The translations under genes and the position numbers were made by a program. This document shows, in pieces, positions 56,689-64,000 of a stretch of 64,000 nt of DNA. Below the pieces are notes generated by a model, which was given only the letters and a program-made list of their open reading frames with translations, was not told the origin of the DNA and searched no databases. Every line of letters starts with the position of its first letter. Positions within the stretch are counted from its first letter, which is position 1. Source of the DNA: Alkalispirochaeta sp. (GTDB taxonomy: Bacteria > Spirochaetota > Spirochaetia > DSM-27196 > Alkalispirochaetaceae); NCBI GenBank assembly GCA_965601925.1, contig OZ271854.1:1760001-1824000 (forward strand). The letters run 5' to 3'.

Positions 56689-56859
56689 TGTTATTCCTCC
56701 GTGCCCGGAGTCGATTTGATGTCGCGGACACTCCGCACCCGTCCTCTGCGCGGCGCTGAGAGTCCCTTACCCCGGACTGGTACAAACTACCACCAGGCAC
56801 ACAAAAGTCAAGTACAAGAATAAAGATTTATCCGCACGAATGGGAGAGGGCCCCGCGCA

Positions 56860-58143
56860 TCAACTCGCACGTCCGGTGTGTTGCAGAGCCTCGATCCGAG
56901 ACGTCGCCTCGCGTACCGTCATCTCGTCGTGAAGGGCCGTGATCACAAACCAGGGGCCGCCGCCGAACTGCGACCGATCGAAGCCGTAGAAGTAGCCGGG
57001 ATGCAGATAGATCCCGGAACGCTCGACCAACGCAACTGCGATGCGTTCGTCGTCCATCGTGCCGAAGATGCGCGACGCGTATACCGGATCGAGCCGTACG
57101 GGAACATGGATGCCGCTATCGGTCCCGGGTACCTCCCACCCGTCGACGGCCGCGAGGTGTCGTATCGCGTACGACCGACGCGCGTTTATCATGTCGCGAA
57201 ACTCGCGTCGACGGCGATACGCGCGCGGGTCGGTGAGAAACGGTGCCGCGGCGGCTTCGGCAAAGCCGGAAAGGGTGAGGTAGTCGTCGTGGCGTGTATC
57301 CAATTGGTCTACCAGTTCCGCGCGACGCGCTCGCGTGCCTCCACGCACCGCAATCCAGGCGAGCTTCACCTCCGGCGCGGCACACAGTTTCGACACACCG
57401 TTGAGGTGCACCGTTGGGTGTTCGCCGCGGCCCTGCGGGCCTCGGGGGACCGAGGTCGAGACGTCGGCGCGCCGCACGACCGAACTCGGCAGGTCGCCGC
57501 TGCGGTACAGACTGAACACCTCGTCGAAGAGCACCGGCACATCCGCGTCGGAGCAGATATCGAGAATGTCGGCTATGACGTGGGCCGGATAGGTCACTCC
57601 CGCCGGATTGTTGGGGCTTATCATCACCAGTGCGGCGAGCGGCCGGGGCGGCCGGACTAAGCGTTCGATCTCCCGCGGATCGGGGAGAAAATCGTGTTGT
57701 GGAGTGCAGTAATACCACGCGGGCCGCACGCCTACGGCGTTCAATAGACCGTCAAACAACGGATAGCCGGGCACCGGTAGCGCAACGGCCGGCGCGTCTT
57801 CCGCTTCGTACGTCATCCGTGCACGCGCGCGGTCGCGAAAGAGCGAGAAGAGAAGATGATAGGAGACGCTGGAACCGGCGGTCAGTACCACCTCGTCGGC
57901 GTCGATCGGCGCGCTGTCCTCGGACAGGAACGCGGCTACCGCCCGGCGCGCATCCGGCGAGCCGCGCCCGGTCGGGCGATACTCGGGTTTCGCGCGCCAC
58001 GCCTTCCACGCCGCGCCGTACAGCTTAGCGGGCCACGCGAGCCCGGCGTGGGCGAAATCGGAATCGACGAGGTTGATGAGGTCGCCGGCGGCCTCGCGTA
58101 CGAGTCGAGCACGTTCCAACGGGTTGACGGTATGAAGATCCAT
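56860..58143 (-). CDS. PLP-dependent aminotransferase class I/II
   Basis: LTAGSS, PGYPLF, ISPNNPAG, FDEVF, NGVSKL, HPGYFY. Confidence 0.85.
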   Translation of the reverse strand: MDLHTVNPLERARLVREAAGDLINLVDSDFAHAGLAWPAKLYGAAWKAWRAKPEYRPTGRGSPDARRAVAAFLSEDSAPIDADEVVLTAGSSVSYHLLFSLFRDRARARMTYEAEDAPAVALPVPGYPLFDGLLNAVGVRPAWYYCTPQHDFLPDPREIERLVRPPRPLAALVMISPNNPAGVTYPAHVIADILDICSDADVPVLFDEVFSLYRSGDLPSSVVRRADVSTSVPRGPQGRGEHPTVHLNGVSKLCAAPEVKLAWIAVRGGTRARRAELVDQLDTRHDDYLTLSGFAEAAAAPFLTDPRAYRRRREFRDMINARRSYAIRHLAAVDGWEVPGTDSGIHVPVRLDPVYASRIFGTMDDERIAVALVERSGIYLHPGYFYGFDRSQFGGGPWFVITALHDEMTVREATSRIEALQHTGRAS

Positions 58144-58202
58144 ACGATTGCCGATTGTGGCCCACCGGCCGACCGTTTACAATACCGCGAGAAGAGGCGC
58201 AC

Positions 58203-59714
58203 ATGGACGGAACGATTGCCGTTTTCGACGCAGGAAAGACCAACAAGAAGCTCACGATTTTCGATGCACAGTTACGCAGCGTGGATAAACGATATCGCTC
58301 CTTCGAGAGCCGTATGGTCGACGGGATCGAGTTGGAGCCGATTGAGGAGATACGCGAGTGGCTTCTCGATAATCTAGCCGATCTGGGGCGCACGCACCGA
58401 ATCGAGGCGGTCGGTATTACGACCCACGGCGCGGGCGTCGTTACCATAGACGAAGACGGAGCTATCGCCTGTCCGGTCGTCTCATATACGCATATCCCGC
58501 CGGAAGATATACACGATTCGTTTTTCGCCGCCGTCGGCGATCGCGACGAGTTGCAGCGCAGTACCGCGACGATCGAGCTCAAACCGCTCGTCAATCCGGC
58601 GAAATTGCTTTTTTTCACCAAGGAGACGTGGCCGCGAGAGTTCGCGCGCATTCGACACGTGCTCTTTTTTCCGCAGTATTTTGCGTGGGTTCTCACCGGG
58701 AAGGTGAGCGCGGACTATACCTACATCGGATGCCATTCGTATCTGTGGGATTTCCGTGAATGGAGTTGGTCGGGCGTCGCCCGTGCGCTCGGTATTCGAC
58801 CCCTGGTCGCCGAGGAACCTAGACGATCGTGGGAGTCGGTCGGTACCGTCCAATCCTCGGTCGCGCGCAGGACCGGCCTGTCTCCCGAAACGCCGGTGAC
58901 GGTGGGGATTCACGACAGCAATGCGTCGCTTCTCCCGTATCTACTAAAGAAAAAGCGCGAGAACTTCGTACTCAACAGCACCGGAACGTGGTGTGTCGCG
59001 ATGAATCCCGGACCGCTCGGCGAAGGAATGGTCGCCGAGTTCGAGGCGGACGAGATCGGGAAGTCGGTCTTTTTCAACATTTCGGCCTTCGGACGACCGG
59101 TGAAGACGACGATCCTTATGGGAGGACTGGAGTTCGGGACCTACACCGACATTCTGAAAGACATTCACAAGACCGATGTACTTCCGGACTTCAATAAGAG
59201 CCTCTATCAACGGATTATCGACAGGCGGCGACACTTCATCGTGCCCGGTGTAGTACCCGGAACCGGCCAGTTCCCCGACTCACGAGCCAGGGTTGTAGAC
59301 GGGGAGCGCGAGTACGATCTTGAGGCGATACGGTCCGGCGAGGTCGTTCCGGCCCTGTTTCAAGACTTTCCGGTGTCCTATGCCGTACTCAACCTCTCCA
59401 TTGCGCTCCAGAGCAAGGTGGCGCTCCAGCGGGTCGGACTCAAGCCGGGTATGTCCATCTTCGTCGAGGGGGGATTCCGACACAATCTGGACTACAATCT
59501 TCTCCTCGCCGCTTTTTTCCCCGACAACCCGGTCTTTCTCACCGGGATAGAGGAGGCGACCTCATTCGGGACCGCTCTGACCGCCTGGGCCGCACGAGAT
59601 AATGGGGAGCCCGAGCGCTACGCATCGCTTTTCGAGATCGAGACCTTCCCCGTTCATCCCGAATCGTTTCTCGGGATCGCCGAATACGAGAAGGAGTTCT
59701 TTTCCCACATATGA
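58203..59714 (+). CDS. FGGY family carbohydrate kinase
   Basis: VFDAGKTNKK, GIHDSNASL, NSTGTW, VEGGF. Confidence 0.85.
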   Translation: MDGTIAVFDAGKTNKKLTIFDAQLRSVDKRYRSFESRMVDGIELEPIEEIREWLLDNLADLGRTHRIEAVGITTHGAGVVTIDEDGAIACPVVSYTHIPPEDIHDSFFAAVGDRDELQRSTATIELKPLVNPAKLLFFTKETWPREFARIRHVLFFPQYFAWVLTGKVSADYTYIGCHSYLWDFREWSWSGVARALGIRPLVAEEPRRSWESVGTVQSSVARRTGLSPETPVTVGIHDSNASLLPYLLKKKRENFVLNSTGTWCVAMNPGPLGEGMVAEFEADEIGKSVFFNISAFGRPVKTTILMGGLEFGTYTDILKDIHKTDVLPDFNKSLYQRIIDRRRHFIVPGVVPGTGQFPDSRARVVDGEREYDLEAIRSGEVVPALFQDFPVSYAVLNLSIALQSKVALQRVGLKPGMSIFVEGGFRHNLDYNLLLAAFFPDNPVFLTGIEEATSFGTALTAWAARDNGEPERYASLFEIETFPVHPESFLGIAEYEKEFFSHI

Positions 59715-60436
59715 TCATCATACCGGCAATCGATCTCATCGACGGACGGTGCGTCCGTCTCAGACAAGGTGCCTATTCCGATACAACGGTATACGACGAG
59801 GACCCCGTGTCGGTCGCTCAGCGCTTTGTCGACGAGGGGGCGGAGCGCATTCATCTCGTCGACCTCGACGCGGCGCGTGGAAGCGGAGACAATCGCGAGA
59901 CGATTCGGCGCATTCGTCACGCCGTCTCTTGCATCTTGGAGGTCGGCGGAGGCATTCGAGACCGCGCAAGTCTCGCCGCCGTCTTGGACTTGGACATCGA
60001 CTACGGCGTCGTGGGAACGGTCCTGGCGCGCGATCCCGATGAAGTCGCCTTGTGGGCCGGGGAGATCGGGTCCCGCATGATCGCCTCCGTCGATGCGAAG
60101 GACGGTATGGTGTTGGTCGCGGGATGGCGCGAGGGAACTTCGATCGCGGCGGTGGAGTTGGCTCGTCGCGCCGGCGAAATGGGGCTCGCCGCAGTTGAGT
60201 ACACCAATATCGCACGGGATGGTATGCTTACCGGCCCCGACATCGACGGGACGCTGGAGGTCGCCTCCCGGACCACCGTTCCGGTCATCCTCTCCGGCGG
60301 TATTTCGCGAACCGAGGACGCGAACACGGTCAGACTGCGGAGCGGCGGGAAAATCGCGGGAATCATCGTCGGCCGTTCCATCTACGAGGGGCATTTCGAT
60401 CTGCGCCGCGCGGTCGCCGACGGCGCGGCGAGCTGA
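59711..60436 (+). CDS. hisA: ProFAR isomerase
   Basis: IIPAIDLIDGRCVRLRQG, HLVDLDAA, EVGGGIR, DGMLTGP, SGGI. Confidence 0.95.
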   Translation: MIIIPAIDLIDGRCVRLRQGAYSDTTVYDEDPVSVAQRFVDEGAERIHLVDLDAARGSGDNRETIRRIRHAVSCILEVGGGIRDRASLAAVLDLDIDYGVVGTVLARDPDEVALWAGEIGSRMIASVDAKDGMVLVAGWREGTSIAAVELARRAGEMGLAAVEYTNIARDGMLTGPDIDGTLEVASRTTVPVILSGGISRTEDANTVRLRSGGKIAGIIVGRSIYEGHFDLRRAVADGAAS

Positions 60437-60481
60437 TCGGAGCGTCGGTATCGGATGCCGGCACAGACATCAAGGATTGCA

Positions 60482-61096
60482 ATGGAAACGACGGTACTGA
60501 TCGTACGCGACGCCGACGGCAACGTCCGTGACGTCGCGGCGTGCAATGAAAAGAGTCGGACGAAGAGTCTCGAGCGGGGCGAACTGTGGGTCGTGGTGCG
60601 CGACACCGGACGCGTCTTACCATTCCGAGGCGGCGGTGTGCGGTACGCACGGTTCGTGGAAGGCGACCATTGGTTCGAGGTAGAGCTGGCCGATACGGCC
60701 GCGGTAGACGACCCGACCACCGACGACGTATCGGAACGCTCCGCCCCGGAAAAGGGGGCGACGTCGGACCGAAACGGCACCGTACCGCGACCGGAGCGCG
60801 GCGCCGCAGATTCCGCCGACGATACGGTACTGGAACGGCTGGGCGATCTTATCGCGGAACGTCACCGAACGATGCCTGAGGGTTCCTACACCACGCACCT
60901 TTTCTCCAAGGGGCGCGACAAGATTCGAAAAAAAGTCGGCGAGGAGGCGGTCGAGGTGATTCTTGCCGCCACGAGCGAAGAGCTGCGCTCCGAGGCCGCC
61001 GATCTGGTCTATCACCTGATGGTGCTCTTGGAGGCGGAGGGAATGCGATTCGAGCGGGTTATCGAAGAGCTTGCCCGCCGTCACCGCGAGGAGTAG
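60482..61096 (+). CDS. hisE: Phosphoribosyl-ATP pyrophosphatase (HisE) with a degenerate HisI-like N-terminus
   Basis: PEGSYTTHLF, KKVGEEAVE, EAADLVYHL; AAGGA before ATG 60482 (alternative start 60455). Confidence 0.85.
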   Translation: METTVLIVRDADGNVRDVAACNEKSRTKSLERGELWVVVRDTGRVLPFRGGGVRYARFVEGDHWFEVELADTAAVDDPTTDDVSERSAPEKGATSDRNGTVPRPERGAADSADDTVLERLGDLIAERHRTMPEGSYTTHLFSKGRDKIRKKVGEEAVEVILAATSEELRSEAADLVYHLMVLLEAEGMRFERVIEELARRHREE

Positions 61097-61098
61097 CG

Positions 61099-62757
61099 AT
61101 GGGCGACGGTACGCTGTTGAGTCGTCTCGGAGAGATATCCCTACTTTGGAAGACTCCGCGCGACCGTTCGTCTCACCGCCTGAACTCGGACCTCGCCGAC
61201 CATTTGCGCGTTCCGGATCTTCTCGAGGCCATCACCACCAAGCCGCGAATTCGTCGAACCATCGAGTCGATCCTGGCCGAACCGTACGCGGATTCGGGAC
61301 GTCATGACGAGACGGTCCGACGGACCCTCAGGGCGCGACGCCGGAACATCATCGAGGACTTCGTGAAACACGATGAGTTGTGCGCGGTCACTCGCACCCT
61401 CGGTGAGCGCGTCTCCGAGATATCGATGCACGGCGAGAACGACCGCGATCGCGATCTTCTTTCGCTGGCCCGGCGTCTCGGCGATCTTACATTGGTGGTC
61501 GAGATCGTTCAGGAGCTTCGCGATGTGCTCAGTCGGTGCGGCGACACGCTGGCGTCGCAGGCGCTGCGCGACATCAGGCGCACTCTCACCGCTGCAGACG
61601 ACGACGCCCAATTTGCGCGCCTCGTCGAGGAGCTGCCGGCGATGCGCGCCGGGGTGCGTGAGCGACGGAGTGTAACGATCGGCGTCAACCTCGACGACAG
61701 ATTGCGCCCCCGCGAGGCGGTTCTCCTCTCGATCAACGACTCCGAGTACGGTGTGCGGGGATCGTTCGATCGTATCGGAGAGGCGTTGTTCGGCGCCGAC
61801 AATCCGTATCGTGTCCGTACCGGGCTCCACAGAAACGCGCCGCCCGCCGATTGGCGCGCCGGAGATCCTGCGGCCGGCGGGTCGCGAACCGGCGACCCGG
61901 ATCGATTTCCCCTCGCGCCGCTCTTTCGCGACTTGGACGATCTCATTACCGACCTTACGCGACCGCTGGCGCGCGCCCTCAAGCGCTTCAACACGCTGCA
62001 GACCGGTATTCTCGCCGGCATAGTCGGTGAGCTCGAAGTTTATGCTGCGCTGGCGGAGACGATCGGTCGCCTCAGACGCGACGGGTTGCCGGTCTGCTTC
62101 GCCGAATACGGTGAGGGATGCGTCGCTCGGGAGCTCTACGATCCGGTCCTGGCACTCGGCCGACGCGGTGTCGACGTTCGGACCAACGACGTCGAGCTCT
62201 TTCGGCGTGCGAATGCCGTGGTGCTGACCGGGCCCAACGACGGAGGCAAGACGACGTTTTTGCGCGCCGTGGGGCTGGCGCATCTGTTGGCGGAGGCGGG
62301 GTTCTTCGTACCGGCCGCTTCGGCCGTCATTACGCCGGGCATCACGTTGTCGAGCCATTTTGCCGGCGGCGAGCGTCAAGGCCTTGAGGCGGGTCGGTTC
62401 GCCGGCGAGGCGGCAGACGTCGGTGAGCTTCTGGAGTCGTGCAATGCAGAAAGCCTCGTACTCCTGAACGAGACCTTTTCTTCGACCGGCGTCTCCGACG
62501 CGCTGGAGTTGGCCCGGGACACTCTTACCGTCATTACTCGCCGGGGAGGGAGGGTGTTGTTCGCTACCCACCTACACGACCTGCCCTCTCGGATGAACGG
62601 AGATGCACGACCGGGGGAGGATGGCGTTGTCGAGAGCGTGACGATCCGTCCGGATCAGTTGTATCGCATCGTTCCGGGGCTGCCGGACGGACGGAGCCTT
62701 GCGCGCGGCGTCGCTCGAAAAGCGGGGCTTGACTTCGACCGATTACTCTCGTCGTGA
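61099..62757 (+). CDS. MutS-related protein (ATPase domain V, no mismatch-binding domain)
   Basis: LTGPNDGGKTTFLR, G.FVPA, LVLLNETFSST, FATHLHDL. Confidence 0.8.
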   Translation: MGDGTLLSRLGEISLLWKTPRDRSSHRLNSDLADHLRVPDLLEAITTKPRIRRTIESILAEPYADSGRHDETVRRTLRARRRNIIEDFVKHDELCAVTRTLGERVSEISMHGENDRDRDLLSLARRLGDLTLVVEIVQELRDVLSRCGDTLASQALRDIRRTLTAADDDAQFARLVEELPAMRAGVRERRSVTIGVNLDDRLRPREAVLLSINDSEYGVRGSFDRIGEALFGADNPYRVRTGLHRNAPPADWRAGDPAAGGSRTGDPDRFPLAPLFRDLDDLITDLTRPLARALKRFNTLQTGILAGIVGELEVYAALAETIGRLRRDGLPVCFAEYGEGCVARELYDPVLALGRRGVDVRTNDVELFRRANAVVLTGPNDGGKTTFLRAVGLAHLLAEAGFFVPAASAVITPGITLSSHFAGGERQGLEAGRFAGEAADVGELLESCNAESLVLLNETFSSTGVSDALELARDTLTVITRRGGRVLFATHLHDLPSRMNGDARPGEDGVVESVTIRPDQLYRIVPGLPDGRSLARGVARKAGLDFDRLLSS

Positions 62758-62761
62758 CGAG

Positions 62762-63115
62762 TCAGTACAGACGCCCGCCGTCGGGCACCTCACCGTCGGG
62801 CCCGATCAGTACGACCGAGCCGTCGTCGGCGGGAAGTCCGAGAGTCAGGAACTCGGACTTGAATCCGGCGATCCGTTTCGGCGGCACATTGGTAAGCGCG
62901 AGTATTTGACGCCCCACTAATCCTTCCGCGTCATAGCGGTCGGTTATCTGTGCGCTCGACCACCGCACGTCGCCTCCTCCGAAGTCTACGCGCAGTTTCA
63001 TCGCGGGAACGCGCGCTTCCTGAAACGGCAACGCGTCCACAACGGTGCCGACGCGTATCTCCGCGGCCTGGAACGCCGACCATCCATCGAGAGGTTCCGC
63101 CGGCTCGCCTCCCAC
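62762..63115 (-). CDS. csaA: CsaA/Trbp111 tRNA-binding chaperone
   Basis: IRVGTV, SSAQIT, NVPPKRIAGFKSEFLTLG. Confidence 0.88.
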   Translation of the reverse strand: MGGEPAEPLDGWSAFQAAEIRVGTVVDALPFQEARVPAMKLRVDFGGGDVRWSSAQITDRYDAEGLVGRQILALTNVPPKRIAGFKSEFLTLGLPADDGSVVLIGPDGEVPDGGRLY

Positions 63116-64000
63116 TACAACGCCTCGACCTTTGCGGCAATCCGGCGGCCCATCTCCTCGGTTCCGATCACGGCATCTCCTTTACCGGCAATGTCCCGTG
63201 TGCGGTATCCTTCATCCAAGACCTCGCCGATTGAGGCGAAAATCGCGTCGTAGGAGTCGTCCATACCGAAGCTGTACTTGAGCATCATCGCCGCCGACAG
63301 GATTTGAGCGATCGGATTGGCGATTCCCTGCCCGGCGATGTCCGGGGCGCTTCCGCCCGACGGTTCGTAGAGGCCGAAGCTGCCGTCGGCGAGGCTGGCC
63401 GAGGGGAGCATGCCGAGGCTGCCGGTCAGCATTGCCGCCTCGTCGGAGAGGATGTCTCCGAACATATTGCCGGCGAGAATCACGTCGAACTGGCGCGGAT
63501 CGCGTACCAGTTGCATCGCCGCGTTATCCACGTACATGTGGGTCAGATCGACATCGGGATACCGCGATGCGACCTCCGTCACGACTTCGCGCCAAAATAC
63601 CATCGATGTAAGAACATTTGCCTTGTCGATCGAACACACGCGACCCTGCTTGCCGCGCGCGCGCGATCGCGCCGTGGCGAAGGCGACTTCGGCTATGCGC
63701 TCGATTTCGCTCCTATGGTAGACCAGCGTGTCGAAGGCGCGCGGATCGTCGCCCTCTTCACGTCCCTTCGGCGCGCCGAAGTAAATGCCTCCGGTCAACT
63801 CGCGCACGACGATGATATCCAATCCGCCCTCCAGCGACTCGGATCGCAGAGGAGATGCGTCGATCAGTTGAGGAAAGACGATCGCCGGGCGCAGATTGGC
63901 AAAGAGCCCGAATGTTTTGCGCAGCGGCAGGAGGGCGCCGCGTTCCGGTTGTTCGGCCGGCGGAAGCGACTCCCACTTCGGCCCGCCGACCGAACCGAAG
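63115..64000 (-). CDS. leuB: 3-isopropylmalate dehydrogenase (5' part outside the window)
   Basis: [63 protein letters not shown]. Confidence 0.95.
   Translation of the reverse strand, partial: FGSVGGPKWESLPPAEQPERGALLPLRKTFGLFANLRPAIVFPQLIDASPLRSESLEGGLDIIVVRELTGGIYFGAPKGREEGDDPRAFDTLVYHRSEIERIAEVAFATARSRARGKQGRVCSIDKANVLTSMVFWREVVTEVASRYPDVDLTHMYVDNAAMQLVRDPRQFDVILAGNMFGDILSDEAAMLTGSLGMLPSASLADGSFGLYEPSGGSAPDIAGQGIANPIAQILSAAMMLKYSFGMDDSYDAIFASIGEVLDEGYRTRDIAGKGDAVIGTEEMGRRIAAKVEAL

Noticed and set aside
56828..56836. Single TTATCCGCA DnaA-like box
   Set aside because: Isolated 8/9 match, expected by chance
61141..62571. 476-aa antisense ORF
   Set aside because: Shadow of the MutS-like gene
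1..64000. CRISPR arrays, tRNA/rRNA, IS elements, integrases, prophage or defence systems
   Set aside because: No spaced repeats, cloverleafs or relevant protein motifs seen by eye; a formal scan was not possible

Overview
A GC-rich, gene-dense chromosomal segment, most likely from a free-living spirochaete (Spirochaetaceae-like). This is inferred from the FapA/DUF342 protein, the STAS+zinc-ribbon protein, the Asp-type MurA and the AGGQxE-type binding-protein leader. The first 15 kb holds two sugar-utilisation loci: an alpha-glucoside ABC transporter with a GH65 phosphorylase, and a ROK regulator with an ABC transporter divergent from GH2 and GH1 glycosidases. The rest is mostly core or envelope genes: crtI-like, pntAB, pfkA, HD-GYP, yidD, rpmG/rpmB, lacI, plsC-like, lnt, GT4, lgt, fapA, flhG-like, ctpA, rsmE, fxsA, a sigma54 activator, STAS, pspA, djlA-like, murA, aspartokinase, thrC, hisA/hisIE, MutS-like, csaA and leuB. 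I saw no rRNA, tRNA, CRISPR array, transposase, integrase or prophage. Most notable observations: (1) a DnaA-box cluster flanking an AT-rich tract with no dnaA nearby; (2) a LacI-operator/small-ORF/lacI cassette upstream of zinc-free L33/L28; (3) a sigma54 activator with no HTH, near pspA and a pseudo-receiver regulator; (4) an MggS-like GT4 coupled to an elongated lnt; (5) several apparent pseudoenzyme domains (CCA-like head, HisI, WecB-like); (6) recurrent leaderless or bidirectional promoter layouts. No single novel system is proven from sequence alone, and all family calls come from motif recognition, not database searches.
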